The notes: generated by a model not told the origin, from the sequence alone. A stretch of DNA of 43,706 bases from an uncultured virus (IMG/VR IMGVR_UViG_3300001282_000003) (IMGVR_UViG_3300001282_000003); one strand, 5' to 3'; counted from the stretch's first letter, positions 19,290-30,392 are shown. Numbers and translations are program-made.

Positions 19290-20009
19290 ATGGGTTTAAC
19301 AGACATAGCATCAATTATGGAGAAATATGGTTTCAAAGGATCCATATTTGTTATATTTGTGTTTTTGATAATATCAATGCTTAAAAGTAGTTGGTTTAGT
19401 GGCGTTTTGAGTAAACTATCTGATAGTTTTGTCGAAAAATTTATGAGAAGTAAAGTAAAAGATGTTAACTCTCATGTTAAAGCAATTGCTGACTCTGATA
19501 TTACTAATCACGATATCTTTAACTATATTGACTTCTGGACCTACTCTAAAGTTCCTACAATTCAATTCTCAACTGAATACAGAACTGCTGTATTTAGAAA
19601 ATACCTAACAATTTATCTTAAATCTTATAAAAGAAAAATATCTGAGTTTGTTAATTCCAAAGAGTATCAAGAGATGGATGATGCTAAAGTTTGGAAAGCA
19701 CTTCTTAACTTAATTAATAGCATAGTTTATGATTATGAAAAAGAAATGATTGAGTCTGGTTTACCTAAGATTGTTGTTGATAAGATGAAAGCTAAAAACA
19801 ATGATACAATCACTTTAACGATTGATTTGATTGAAGGTATTTGTAATTCTCAATTTTATGATTCAGAAAAGAACTTCTTAAAAGTTTATTCTATTCTTAA
19901 TATCTTATTATCTGTATTGGAAAATACAATCTCTAATTCAGAGAATGTTTGTAACTCTATTAATGGTCAATTGAAAGGTCTAAAATTTGACGGTAAGGTA
20001 GAACCTTAA
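19290..20009 (+). CDS. single-TM membrane protein (holin-like topology)
   Basis: N-terminal GSIFVIFVFLIISML helix plus large soluble domain; AATATATA at 19258-19265. Confidence 0.5.
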   Translation: MGLTDIASIMEKYGFKGSIFVIFVFLIISMLKSSWFSGVLSKLSDSFVEKFMRSKVKDVNSHVKAIADSDITNHDIFNYIDFWTYSKVPTIQFSTEYRTAVFRKYLTIYLKSYKRKISEFVNSKEYQEMDDAKVWKALLNLINSIVYDYEKEMIESGLPKIVVDKMKAKNNDTITLTIDLIEGICNSQFYDSEKNFLKVYSILNILLSVLENTISNSENVCNSINGQLKGLKFDGKVEP

Positions 20010-20551
20010 TCCATTAAATCATAAACATCATCTGAAGAAAATTCATGATCAGTAATCTTCAAGTCATAATCTTTATATTCTTGAAAATCAATATCATCAG
20101 CATCTAATCTTCTGCTTATTGAATCATTTTTATCTTGTCTACCTAAAAGTCTTGATTCTCTTACTCGTCTATCAATATCTAAGTAAACTACAAAACATCC
20201 TTTTCTCATTTCAGGTGTTAGATTATTAAACTCACCTGGTGTCATTATAAATACCTGTGATTCATTGAACTCTTGTAAAGTTACTCCGTAGTACCAAGTC
20301 TCTGGTTCTCTACCTTCTGGAGTAACATTAAATGTTTGATAAGTTAAAAATTTATTTTCGTTGATTGATTCTGTGAATTGTTCATCGCTAACAAAGTTAT
20401 AAGTAATACCTTGTTGTTCGTGCTTTCTTTGAGGTCTTGTTGTCCATTTTAGACATCCTTTTAATCCTCTTTCTACAAGTTTTCTCATTAAGTAATCTTT
20501 TCCACTTCCGGATTTTCCTAAGATAATTACTTTTTCATTCTTAACAATCAT
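20006..20551 (-). CDS. gmk: guanylate kinase-like protein
   Basis: GKSGSGKD, WTTRPQR..EQQGITYNFVS, WYYG, RRLDAD. Confidence 0.85.
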   Translation of the reverse strand: MIVKNEKVIILGKSGSGKDYLMRKLVERGLKGCLKWTTRPQRKHEQQGITYNFVSDEQFTESINENKFLTYQTFNVTPEGREPETWYYGVTLQEFNESQVFIMTPGEFNNLTPEMRKGCFVVYLDIDRRVRESRLLGRQDKNDSISRRLDADDIDFQEYKDYDLKITDHEFSSDDVYDLMD

Positions 20552-20570
20552 TTAGTTAATAAATTTATTA

Positions 20571-20599
20571 GTTATAATTTGGAATTATTAAAAAGTTTA
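20571..20599 (-). promoter_or_regulatory. putative phage promoter TAAAC-N18-TATAAC
   Basis: Exact 18-nt spacer, upstream of gmk. Confidence 0.6.
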
Positions 20600-20643
20600 A
20601 GTATAGTTATTTTAATATATAACCAAAATAGAAATATAATAAT

Positions 20644-21726
20644 ATGTCGGGGAAATATCTTACTGCTTTCACTAATGGTGTTCCAATACCAGGATTTGAA
20701 AATATAGGAAAAATAGCGGTTGATACTGAACCAGGATCAGGTGACTACTCACTTGGTAATTTTGTTGGTGGTGTTTCAAACTCTTATGATACCAATGGAT
20801 ATATTATTATATCAGATACAACTACAGCTGGTATAGCCGGAAGATCAACTGGTGGTAATACAACAGGAACAGCATCTGCTAACCAACCAACCTTTTGGGT
20901 ATCTACTCAAAAAACAGATAGTAGCTTTTTAGATTTAGTTAATAATTTACCAGCAAGATCAGGACAATCAGCTTTTGATAATGCTACAAGTGGTGCGGTT
21001 GAGGCGAGTACTTGGTTATCATCAAATGGTTACTGGACTTCATATGTAGCTCCTGTTCTATCTTTAGATGCTGGTAATACAGCAAGTTATCCAGGAACTG
21101 GAACAGTTTGGACAGATTTGGTAGATGGTAAAGAATTTAATTTACTTGGAGCGCCAAGCTCAGGAGTACCAACATATCAATCGGGAGATGGTGGTAAAAT
21201 TCTTTTCTATGCGGCTGGTGGTCACTATGCTGTTTGTAATACAAGTTTACCATCAATGACTAAATTCACATTATCAATTTGGCATTATTGGAATGGTGGT
21301 AATAGTGGTGGTCTTCCTTGTATAATATCAGAAATCTATCCGGGTACTAATGGAAAAATTAATTATTTCTTAGGTAATTTACAAGGTAATGGTTTAAGAG
21401 GTGGGTATTTTAATGGAGGATTTCAAATGTCTTCTGTAATTCCTGAAGCCGTTAACATAACTACTAATAATTGGTATCATATAGTTGTTACCTGTGACTC
21501 AAGCCAAGTTGTTAAAATTTATTTAAATAATACGTTAATTTCTCAAAATCAAACATCGGGAGATCAACCAACATCAAGTAATGGTGGAATACATTTAATG
21601 AGAAGATGGGATAATGCTGAGTTTTGGGATGGTTACCTGGCTAAAGTTGATATCTATAATAAAGATCTTAGTCAAGCACAAATTACTGAAATTTGGGATT
21701 CAAACAGATCAAGATTTGGATTGTAA
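20644..21726 (+). CDS. LamG/concanavalin A-like domain virion protein
   Basis: LSLDAGNTASYPGTGTVWTDL, FTLSIW, NNWYHIVVT, KIYLNN, IYNKDLS...I...RFGL; G/S/T-rich; AATATATA at 20614-20621. Confidence 0.85.
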   Translation: MSGKYLTAFTNGVPIPGFENIGKIAVDTEPGSGDYSLGNFVGGVSNSYDTNGYIIISDTTTAGIAGRSTGGNTTGTASANQPTFWVSTQKTDSSFLDLVNNLPARSGQSAFDNATSGAVEASTWLSSNGYWTSYVAPVLSLDAGNTASYPGTGTVWTDLVDGKEFNLLGAPSSGVPTYQSGDGGKILFYAAGGHYAVCNTSLPSMTKFTLSIWHYWNGGNSGGLPCIISEIYPGTNGKINYFLGNLQGNGLRGGYFNGGFQMSSVIPEAVNITTNNWYHIVVTCDSSQVVKIYLNNTLISQNQTSGDQPTSSNGGIHLMRRWDNAEFWDGYLAKVDIYNKDLSQAQITEIWDSNRSRFGL

Positions 21727-21972
21727 TTATCTAATTGGTTTGTAATTAGGAATAGCACCTTTGTAATTGTTGTTACTTTTTCTGATTTCTTCGTGTTCAG
21801 CTTCTGCTGCCGCTTGATATTCAGGATCATTCTTTTCGTCTTGTTTACAAGTCATACAGATGACATCTTCGTTAAACATAGACATTGTAGTAACACCATT
21901 AGTCGGTTCACCACATCTATCACAGATAGATTTATTCATTCCAAAAGATTCGTATGTTTTTAAGTGTTTCAT
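21727..21972 (-). CDS. small Zn-finger protein with internal-protein-like N-terminus
   Basis: MKHLKTYESF, CDRC...MSMFNEDVICMTC. Confidence 0.75.
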   Translation of the reverse strand: MKHLKTYESFGMNKSICDRCGEPTNGVTTMSMFNEDVICMTCKQDEKNDPEYQAAAEAEHEEIRKSNNNYKGAIPNYKPIR

Positions 21973-21973
21973 A

Positions 21974-22477
21974 TTATTTCTTAATAGTGTTTACATCAGT
22001 CTTTTGGAAGTTATCAAAGTTCATAACTTTCTTTTCACCGTTCTTAGTTTGACCTGCGGTAAAGTCTTGTCTTTTAGCAAAAACATTTTTAAGAGCCTTC
22101 AAATCTAATTTCTTTTCTCTGGACTTTTTACCAGTTCTAGCACCATGATTAGAACCCATCACAGGAATCTTTTGAAACATTCTATTAGATCCACCTGGGT
22201 TATAAGGAACAGAGACATCACCTGATCCAGCCTTACCACCACCTGATGCCCAACTTGTACCAATTGTTTGTCCTGCTAAACCTGAAGGTTGAGCATTAAC
22301 AACAGCACCCATACCACCCACTGAACCAGCAGGTCCGCCGGTAGCTGAAGTATTTTCAATTAATAATTCTCTTTGGGATATTTTCTCACAAAGTTTCAAA
22401 TATCCTTCTTCAGAAGAAAGATTTTCTTGTTCCATTTTCTCTTTTAAGAGATATAATTGATGTAATGACATTTTCAT
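21974..22477 (-). CDS. glycine-rich hypothetical protein (late class)
   Basis: 167 aa; AATATATA (22482-22489) 4 nt upstream of ATG. Confidence 0.75.
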   Translation of the reverse strand: MKMSLHQLYLLKEKMEQENLSSEEGYLKLCEKISQRELLIENTSATGGPAGSVGGMGAVVNAQPSGLAGQTIGTSWASGGGKAGSGDVSVPYNPGGSNRMFQKIPVMGSNHGARTGKKSREKKLDLKALKNVFAKRQDFTAGQTKNGEKKVMNFDNFQKTDVNTIKK

Positions 22478-22491
22478 ATTGTATATATTAA

Positions 22492-22794
22492 TTAGTGATT
22501 TCTATTTAAATCGAATGTTATTTCATACCCGTTTTTTTCAGACCATTCTCTAACAACATCTATCTTATCACCTAATTTAAATGGAAGATTAAGTTCTTCT
22601 AATTTTATTTCAGAATAAATCTTCATATCAGTGATGACATTTTTAACTTGTGTATAATAAATATGTAATTCAAACTTCTTAGACTTTCCTAAGAACCAAC
22701 TTTTATGATAGCCTTCTATAGCTAAATGATTCATAAATCTTCTTATGTTTGAACCACCCATAAATTCATTAAAATTTTTTATTTTATTACTCAT
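22492..22794 (-). CDS. hypothetical protein with internal-protein-like N-terminus
   Basis: MSNKIKNFNEF. Confidence 0.7.
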   Translation of the reverse strand: MSNKIKNFNEFMGGSNIRRFMNHLAIEGYHKSWFLGKSKKFELHIYYTQVKNVITDMKIYSEIKLEELNLPFKLGDKIDVVREWSEKNGYEITFDLNRNH

Positions 22795-22820
22795 AAATAT
22801 CCGAACAAATAACTGTTTGT

Positions 22821-22832
22821 ATTATATATAAT
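22821..22832. promoter_or_regulatory. palindromic TATA box between divergent genes
   Basis: ATTATATATAAT between 22794(-) and 22857(+). Confidence 0.5.
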
Positions 22833-22856
22833 TTATCAAATTCGGAAAAACAATCA

Positions 22857-23489
22857 ATGAATAAATTAAAGCAACTTGAAATAAAAAAATTAATGAAGGA
22901 ATTAGACTTCGTTGAGTCCGATTTTACATATAAAAACGAGATAGTACATGAAGCTGATAGTAACTTTATAAAAAGTGTTAATGATTTATTAGAACAACAT
23001 CCTTTATTGAAAGACGTATTTGATAAAAAGATTAATAATAAAATAGATAATATCTTTCAAAGAAGAACTGAAGAGTTAAAAGATAAAATAGAAACTATAA
23101 ATGAATCATATCAAGAGGATTCAATTGAGGAAGAAGTTATAGTTGAAAAGATTATTGATAAAAAAGTTAGAAAGTTATACAGAGAAATAGCCAAAATAAC
23201 ACATCCAGATAGAATTGATAATAGAAAATTAAATGACCTTTATATTAAGGCAACTATTTATTATAACAATAATGATATTGCTGGTACTTATTCAATATGT
23301 AACGAATTAGATATAGAGTATGAGCCAGATGATTCTGATAATCAATTAATATCTGGTAAAATAAATGGTCTTAAAAGTAGAATATCATTTATGGAATCAA
23401 CATTAACTTGGGTTTGGTATCACTCAACAGATGATAAGGAAAAAGAACAAATGATTTTAGGATATATTAAGAATCAATTAGATAATTGA
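22857..23489 (+). CDS. J-domain (DnaJ-type co-chaperone) protein
   Basis: KVRKLYREIAKITHPDRI (helix II plus HPD). Confidence 0.75.
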   Translation: MNKLKQLEIKKLMKELDFVESDFTYKNEIVHEADSNFIKSVNDLLEQHPLLKDVFDKKINNKIDNIFQRRTEELKDKIETINESYQEDSIEEEVIVEKIIDKKVRKLYREIAKITHPDRIDNRKLNDLYIKATIYYNNNDIAGTYSICNELDIEYEPDDSDNQLISGKINGLKSRISFMESTLTWVWYHSTDDKEKEQMILGYIKNQLDN

Positions 23490-24110
23490 TACTGTGACTT
23501 TTCTGTCGTTTAATAAAGATTGAAGTTCATCTTTTCTAAAGAATCTTTTGTAGACATCATTTTCTTTATCAAGATTCTGAAGCTCCCAAGTATTACCATC
23601 AGATGTAACATAGATATAGTTCCCATCACCATCAGTTACTTCAATTGTTTTAGATGATAGTTTATCATAGAACTTTTTAACATCACCATTTATCTTAAAA
23701 AACTTAACATCTTCCCATTCTTTATTAGTTTCATTCCAAACTTGAAAAGTAATGTAAAGAGGATTTTCTAACTCATTTGAGCTAATATCATAAATAAACA
23801 TCCATTTACAAGGTTTGTTAACAAATGTTTGATACTCTTCTGTGTTTTGAACTGGTGATTTCTTTAGACCTAAAGAAGATAATGAGTTAATGAATTCAAT
23901 ATTATCTGATAAGAAGTCTAAACTTAATCGTCCATCATAAAAATCTTTAGGTAGTTTCAAAGTATCAAAGATATCTTTCTCTTCTGCTGAAATTGCTGAT
24001 AGAAGTACATCATGCCATATATTCATTGATTCTAATATATCAACTGACATAACCATAAGGTCAATCACCAATGACTCTTTGAACTTATTATATGATTTTA
24101 TTACTCTCAT
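23478..24110 (-). CDS. hypothetical protein with internal-protein-like N-terminus
   Basis: MRVIKSYNKFKES; AATATATA upstream. Confidence 0.75.
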   Translation of the reverse strand: MRVIKSYNKFKESLVIDLMVMSVDILESMNIWHDVLLSAISAEEKDIFDTLKLPKDFYDGRLSLDFLSDNIEFINSLSSLGLKKSPVQNTEEYQTFVNKPCKWMFIYDISSNELENPLYITFQVWNETNKEWEDVKFFKINGDVKKFYDKLSSKTIEVTDGDGNYIYVTSDGNTWELQNLDKENDVYKRFFRKDELQSLLNDRKVTVSII

Positions 24111-24130
24111 TTCAAAAAAGAATTAATTAA

Positions 24131-24148
24131 TTTAATATATATATTAAA
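24131..24148. promoter_or_regulatory. bidirectional putative late promoter
   Basis: 18-bp palindrome TTTAATATATATATTAAA places AATATATA on both strands between divergent genes. Confidence 0.65.
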
Positions 24149-24167
24149 ATACTACAACACAAATCTA

Positions 24168-25547
24168 ATGAAATGGCTAAGAGATTATAAATTATTCAAG
24201 GAAGCAAGACAAGAGAAGGTTTCTTATAAGAACCTAGTTGGAGAAATCTGTACTGCGATGGTTTTGTTAAACAACGAATTCCTTGATAATATATTAGATA
24301 GAGGTTTGAAAGCTAGATATTCTGAAAATTCAGAAATATTTATCACAGACTTAAAGAATCTTCTTCTAGCTAAGAACAGATTAAACTTAGGTAGATTTGA
24401 AGGTGATACTTGTGTTACTGATGATGAGATATCTAAAGCTAGCCTATTATTTGATTCAATTGAATTTGACATTGAAAAAGATTGGGATAAATTAGTTGCT
24501 GCTAGAACAACTGCTAGAAATATTATTGATAAATTATTATTAGATTCTAAATTAAAACCTGAGATGATTAAAAACATTTTCTGGATTGGTCCTAATAAAG
24601 ATTCTGATCATCAAGAGGATATAGTTGTTGAAGATAAAGATGGTAATCAATATAGTTTTTACTTAAACAAAAACTTAGCAACTCAAAAGTCTGCTTCATT
24701 TAATTTATTTGCGGATGAGTTAATTGGTGCTGATATTGATAGATTATACAAAGAAGATTATTTATCTAAATGGGATAAACTAACTCAAGAGTGGATTAGA
24801 TTAATTTATGAAAATGCTAATAAAAATATTCAACAGTTGATTGAGAAGTTTATTGATGCTAAAAGAATTGATACTATTGGTTATTTTGAATACTTTGATA
24901 TAAGACACAAAGATCCTAAGTTCAAACATTTAGGTGAATTCATACAAGAATATGATAAAAACATTCTTAAATTCTCTGACTTAATGAATGAGATTTGGAA
25001 AAGTAAAGAAAATAGCTTTATGGATTCTGAAAGAGTTACCAAAGAGTGGATGGAAATTAAAATAGTTATTCTTAACTCTAAAATTCTTGAAAATCTTTTA
25101 ACATCAAGTCTTAAATCAAATCACACAGATGATATCCAAAAAGCTGAAGATGGTTGGAAACTTGCTGGTGGTACAGTTAAGATGAAATTATTTAAGACTT
25201 TAGTTGAGAAGATGGGTTGTTTAGAAAGACCTATTTACTTCTTAGGTAAAAATGGTGATATCTTTAATTTAGTTCCTTCAAGAGAATTCTTTAGAGAACA
25301 TTATGATGACTTAAAAATCAAATTTGATTATCATGTTAATTTTGAAGTTAGTGAAGAAGAAGAGAATAATGATTTTACAATAAAAATAAAATTAGAGTTA
25401 GACGATACTACTTTAATTGATATGTTTATTATTGTTAAGTTCTCTGGTGGTGAGATGTCTGGTAAGTTATCTGCTAAATATAAATTTGATATTGCCGACA
25501 ACTTCAACTATTTAATTTCAAAAAAACAGTCTAATCAGTCAGAATAA
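24168..25547 (+). CDS. hypothetical protein with internal-protein-like N-terminus
   Basis: 459 aa; MKWLRDYKLFKEA. Confidence 0.8.
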   Translation: MKWLRDYKLFKEARQEKVSYKNLVGEICTAMVLLNNEFLDNILDRGLKARYSENSEIFITDLKNLLLAKNRLNLGRFEGDTCVTDDEISKASLLFDSIEFDIEKDWDKLVAARTTARNIIDKLLLDSKLKPEMIKNIFWIGPNKDSDHQEDIVVEDKDGNQYSFYLNKNLATQKSASFNLFADELIGADIDRLYKEDYLSKWDKLTQEWIRLIYENANKNIQQLIEKFIDAKRIDTIGYFEYFDIRHKDPKFKHLGEFIQEYDKNILKFSDLMNEIWKSKENSFMDSERVTKEWMEIKIVILNSKILENLLTSSLKSNHTDDIQKAEDGWKLAGGTVKMKLFKTLVEKMGCLERPIYFLGKNGDIFNLVPSREFFREHYDDLKIKFDYHVNFEVSEEEENNDFTIKIKLELDDTTLIDMFIIVKFSGGEMSGKLSAKYKFDIADNFNYLISKKQSNQSE

Positions 25548-25598
25548 CTTTTAGGAATACATGATATAAAAATATATATCTAAAATCTTAAAAATTAA

Positions 25599-28500
25599 AT
25601 GGCTTTACCAGGATTATTTCCAATTTACCCAGATCCAGTTCCAATGTTGTATCAGGTTTCGCTATCATTGCCGATGCCTGAACCAAGTAAGATAGCCTTA
25701 TCTGTTGGTGTAACATCATCTAATCCATTTTTAGTTCCAAATGTAGATTTCCTACAAAGTTTCATCAAAGGTGATATTGGTATCAGTGATAAGATGATGA
25801 AAGAAGCAATGTTTAAGAATTTTAATAGTCCTATTGCTCAGAAAGATGAAAAAGTATTCAAACAATTTGCTAAAGTAACAAATTTTGATATACCAGATGT
25901 TAATAAATATAAAAAAGATGGTAAGATTAAACTTCCAAAAGAAGATGTTAATTTACCACCAATGGATGGTATTGGTTTTAAAGGTTTTGAAAAAACAATG
26001 CTAACATCAATGTTTGAAACTCAAAAGCCTTACTTTGAAGTTGCTAAATTAGTAATTGGTAATATTGCTAAGATAGAAGACATTATTGCTAGAGTTATGC
26101 CTTTATTGGGTGTTCCATTATCAACAAAGTCGTTAAAACCTGTTGGTAATATTGGAGTTAATGATGGTAGACCAAAAGCAATTGGATATCAAAATGCTAA
26201 AGAAATAAAAGTTGCTCTTGCTAAGTTACAAGAGTTCTCTAAAAGTGGTTCTAGAGTAAAGATTGATAAGTATGGTAATGCTGAAAGAATTAAAGATCCA
26301 ATTGGACCAACTGCTAGTGCTGCCGGCCCTGGTTCAAATCAAGATGCTAGCGGTAATAAAACTTGGGAAATAGTATCAACTGTTTATTCAACTGGTGTTT
26401 TCAAGCCAGATATTGAGTACAAATATATTTATGTTGACTTACCACCTGAAAAAGAAAAGCCAGAAGAAGTAACTGATTTAAATTTAGAAGATGATGACCC
26501 ATACAACAAATATAAACCTGAAAGAATTATCTTAGGTATATTTAGAGCTGATGGTACACCACTTAATCCTAATGAAATACTTAAAACTGTTGGATTAGAT
26601 TCAAACTTTAATTTAACCTATGTTAATACACCATTCAAAAGAGCTGATTGGATGTTAAGATCACCAAAGTGGCAAATGGATAATCTTTATCCAAATAATG
26701 AAATAACACTAGCAGAGCCTGTCAGAAATGCTTGGCCCTCTTTAGGTTCTCCAACATTTACTTGGGAAAGATATGCTGGTGTAGATAAACAAAATAGTAA
26801 AACTAAACCAAATCATAATAATCCTGGTCAAGAGTGGCAATTGAAAAAGTATAAAAAGGGTGACAAGAATTTAATAAACAATGAAGACGCTATTGAAGGT
26901 TCTCCAGTTATTGTTAGTTTTGATTTAACTGATACTGATTCACATAAGTCATTTTTTACTGATATTGTTAAGTATAAAATGTATCAACAAGAAGAGGTTG
27001 CTGATTTTTCAGTAGAACCTAAATTACACACAGAAAGAATTGAAAAGGATAAAGTAGCTAGTGTTATAATTAATAATTTTAATGTTCCGGCCCACGTTCA
27101 GAATGTTTATTTATATGGACAAGCTAAAGCTTCTGTTTATAAAGAAGTTAACGGTAAACCAGCTTTTCCAGACTTAATGAGAATGTCATTTAAACCATTT
27201 AGATTTTATTCAAATGATGCCAAGTATGATGGTAAAATAACAGAATATAATAAAACACAAAATATACCAGCTGGTTATATTTGGATTGACCCAGAAGCTG
27301 ACTATGAGACAAAAATAATTAGAATTGATCCAAGTACAAATATTGAGTTTGAAGAAGCTAAAGGTGAAGCAGAGATTAAATCTAATATTAAATCATTTGT
27401 TAAAAACAAAGTTATATTCAAAGTTTCTAATAATCAAAATTTCAATATTGATATAAGAAAGAATAATTTAAATGTAGAATCATTTACCAATGTTAATGAA
27501 TATGTTTTAGAAAATTGGAATTATAAGTCAGATGTTTCACTTGCTCCTGAAAAAAGAATTGAAAACGGTAATACTTATGTAGCTTCTATTTGGTCTGAAA
27601 ATTCAATAAAAGAATATGCTGATAAATCAGGCACAATCATTCTACGCAGAGAATTAGGCGCTTTGAGTCTATCGGACTTATTAAATGGAAGTAATAACTT
27701 ACTAAATGTTTATCAATTAGTTAAGAGTAATCGTATATGGCAGTATCAAAAGTATAAATGGATAATGTCAACTAAACAAATAGCTATATTAAGTATGGTA
27801 GGAATGACATCACCTGCTTTATTAATCTCATTAGTTTCTATTTATGAGAATGATCCAAATGCTAATTATACTATTAATTTAAATGTAGGTGACTTTATAG
27901 ATAATTTGGATGATTTGTTAATCAATGCCTCTGATGAATTCAATAAAAAAGTTAACTTTGATTTTGACTTTGTTGGTACAACTTATCGTTTTAATTTACC
28001 AATAGGTGATATTCTTAAAGCAATAAACAATATATTACCAGATGGTGATATAAAAAATGGTATTGTTTCTAGTTTGAAAAGTATAGGTTTCTCATATACT
28101 TTTAGATTGAGAGATTTATTTCCACGCAAAGAATTTGTTAAGTTAGATGATGGTATAACTTTGTTACCAGATAAACAAAAAACTAGAATACTACTAGAAA
28201 ATGGAGTAATTAAAAAATGGTATTATACTTATAATAAATTATTTATTGGTAAACTACCAAATTTCCCAGAAAATTATGAGACTTTACCGACTTTTGGTAA
28301 AGAGAAAACACTTTTATTAGACTATGATAAATCATTAGATGAGAATTCTAACTTATTAATAACATCAACCTCAAAAGATATTCCTCTTTATAAAATAAAA
28401 GCAGAGAATACTAACTTTCCTTATGGTAAGATAATTGATCCATCAAAGATTACAAATGATGCTTTAACTAAAGATGAATTATTTTCTACTGGTAAATACG

Positions 28501-30392
28501 GTGCTGGTGGTCCTGAGAATCCTCAAGAAATTGAAGTTATTAAAAGATATATGCTTACTGACTTAGATACTGAGTCTTACTATGTTATAGAAGGTGTCTT
28601 AGTTGATAAAAATAAACAAACTGAAGATGTTAAAGTAGGTGCCGGTGCGGGAGGACCAGGTGGTGGATATTATAAACTACCACACGCTATTGGCGCGGCT
28701 AAAGTATTTTTATCATTTGTAGTTGATATTGTAACAAAACTTATTCCACAAATAGTAAAACTCATTTCTTTATTTACCAACCCAGCAAAATTTGTTGTTG
28801 AGATATTAAAAGAAAAAATGGGTGAAGGTTTTTCTATCTTTTCAAAAGATTCTTTTAAAGCATTTGAATCTGCTAAGAAAGAAAAAGATAAAATGAAAGA
28901 TAAGAAACCATCGGAAAGATCTAGAAATGTAAAAGATATATTTAAGAATTCACCTATTTCAAATCACGTTTTTGTTAATAAAAAAGGCGATTATAAATTT
29001 CTTTTAGATGGATTAGCTTTGTTACCGTTTTCTATTTTTGGAAAAGATTTACCATTTGGAATGGATATGAACTTTGATAAACTACCTGATGGTGTTCCAA
29101 TAAATTTAATATTCAAAGAAAGTTTAGATAAAGCAAAAGTAAAAAACATTCAAGATTTCTTAAAACCAAAAATAAAAGATTTCAAAGGAACAGGTGCTAA
29201 TGGCTTAGCAGGTGGTTTGAACTTGTCAGAGTTAAAGTCATTTAAGGATGATCCTCTTTATAAATCAACTAAAGATAAAGGTAAAATTAATCCAAATGAT
29301 AACTTTGATATTCTAGATATCAAATACTCAACCGGTTCATTTATAAATGGTGTTAACTATAATTATGTTTATGTAAGTGAAGATACTGAGAAATTATTAA
29401 ATGAATCTAATAATATATTACAGACACCTGATGAATCTGTTAACTTAGAAAATGCTCAAAAGAAATTAGATGAGTTAGATAATGCTTTGAAAAAAGATCC
29501 TACTAACAAAGCTCTGAAAGATATGATTGGTAAACTTAAAGCTAAGTTTAGAGGGTTAAATGATAACTCACAACCTCTTCTAAAAATGTTATTAGGTTTT
29601 GTAACACTACCTATAAAAATAATAGGTGGTATAATTAAATGGTTAATGGATTTCTTCAAAGGTCTAACAAATCCTCTTACACTTCCATCGAAAATAGTTG
29701 AGTTGTTATCTTTTAGTTGGCTAATGAAATTTCTCACACCATTAGGTATATTAGAATTGGCTGGTGTTAAATTTGAGCCTAAAAAATTGGCTGAGTGGTG
29801 TGCTTTAGTTAAAGTTCCAAACCCAAAACCACCAAATGTCGCTCCTAAAATTCCAGATGGTTTTAATCTACCAACTGATCTTCCTTATAAAGATGCTTCA
29901 CCAAAAGGTAAGTTTTTGATACCGGATGACTATGAGTTAGTAGATTTGAATCAAGTTATTAGTATGCCGTTTATGCCTAAGTTACCAACTTATACCGCTA
30001 GACAATATAGAGAAAACTGTGTTAGACCTGTTAAATTAATAGTTCCATTCCTTTGTTTATTTGAAAAAGTAATCAATGGTATTATTGATTTTATTTGGTC
30101 AACATTAGGACTTGAGGCTTTAATACCAGCACCTCATATTAAATTATGTAGCAAATCACCTGATCCAGATATAAGTGATTTGGTGAAAATTAAAAAAGAT
30201 TTAGAAAAAGACAGTAGTGAACCTACAAAAGATACTGGTGATACTAATAAAGATAATGTTATACCAACAGATGCTGGATTTTTATATGATATTACACTTG
30301 ATGATGGTACTGTTATCAAAGGTTTAGACTATGATGGTCTTCAAAAATACGTCAAAGACCACGAAGATATTGGATATGATTTTAAATTCTAA
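25599..30392 (+). CDS. large (1597 aa) putative structural protein
   Basis: Long ORF, AATATATA at 25571-25578, duplicated YSTG.F...Y.Y.YV motif, amphipathic helices. Confidence 0.75.
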   Translation: MALPGLFPIYPDPVPMLYQVSLSLPMPEPSKIALSVGVTSSNPFLVPNVDFLQSFIKGDIGISDKMMKEAMFKNFNSPIAQKDEKVFKQFAKVTNFDIPDVNKYKKDGKIKLPKEDVNLPPMDGIGFKGFEKTMLTSMFETQKPYFEVAKLVIGNIAKIEDIIARVMPLLGVPLSTKSLKPVGNIGVNDGRPKAIGYQNAKEIKVALAKLQEFSKSGSRVKIDKYGNAERIKDPIGPTASAAGPGSNQDASGNKTWEIVSTVYSTGVFKPDIEYKYIYVDLPPEKEKPEEVTDLNLEDDDPYNKYKPERIILGIFRADGTPLNPNEILKTVGLDSNFNLTYVNTPFKRADWMLRSPKWQMDNLYPNNEITLAEPVRNAWPSLGSPTFTWERYAGVDKQNSKTKPNHNNPGQEWQLKKYKKGDKNLINNEDAIEGSPVIVSFDLTDTDSHKSFFTDIVKYKMYQQEEVADFSVEPKLHTERIEKDKVASVIINNFNVPAHVQNVYLYGQAKASVYKEVNGKPAFPDLMRMSFKPFRFYSNDAKYDGKITEYNKTQNIPAGYIWIDPEADYETKIIRIDPSTNIEFEEAKGEAEIKSNIKSFVKNKVIFKVSNNQNFNIDIRKNNLNVESFTNVNEYVLENWNYKSDVSLAPEKRIENGNTYVASIWSENSIKEYADKSGTIILRRELGALSLSDLLNGSNNLLNVYQLVKSNRIWQYQKYKWIMSTKQIAILSMVGMTSPALLISLVSIYENDPNANYTINLNVGDFIDNLDDLLINASDEFNKKVNFDFDFVGTTYRFNLPIGDILKAINNILPDGDIKNGIVSSLKSIGFSYTFRLRDLFPRKEFVKLDDGITLLPDKQKTRILLENGVIKKWYYTYNKLFIGKLPNFPENYETLPTFGKEKTLLLDYDKSLDENSNLLITSTSKDIPLYKIKAENTNFPYGKIIDPSKITNDALTKDELFSTGKYGAGGPENPQEIEVIKRYMLTDLDTESYYVIEGVLVDKNKQTEDVKVGAGAGGPGGGYYKLPHAIGAAKVFLSFVVDIVTKLIPQIVKLISLFTNPAKFVVEILKEKMGEGFSIFSKDSFKAFESAKKEKDKMKDKKPSERSRNVKDIFKNSPISNHVFVNKKGDYKFLLDGLALLPFSIFGKDLPFGMDMNFDKLPDGVPINLIFKESLDKAKVKNIQDFLKPKIKDFKGTGANGLAGGLNLSELKSFKDDPLYKSTKDKGKINPNDNFDILDIKYSTGSFINGVNYNYVYVSEDTEKLLNESNNILQTPDESVNLENAQKKLDELDNALKKDPTNKALKDMIGKLKAKFRGLNDNSQPLLKMLLGFVTLPIKIIGGIIKWLMDFFKGLTNPLTLPSKIVELLSFSWLMKFLTPLGILELAGVKFEPKKLAEWCALVKVPNPKPPNVAPKIPDGFNLPTDLPYKDASPKGKFLIPDDYELVDLNQVISMPFMPKLPTYTARQYRENCVRPVKLIVPFLCLFEKVINGIIDFIWSTLGLEALIPAPHIKLCSKSPDPDISDLVKIKKDLEKDSSEPTKDTGDTNKDNVIPTDAGFLYDITLDDGTVIKGLDYDGLQKYVKDHEDIGYDFKF

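Noticed and set aside
24168..25547. Restriction-endonuclease-like PD-(D/E)XK site (EDIVV...YSFYLNK)
   Set aside because: The resemblance is too weak without a profile search.
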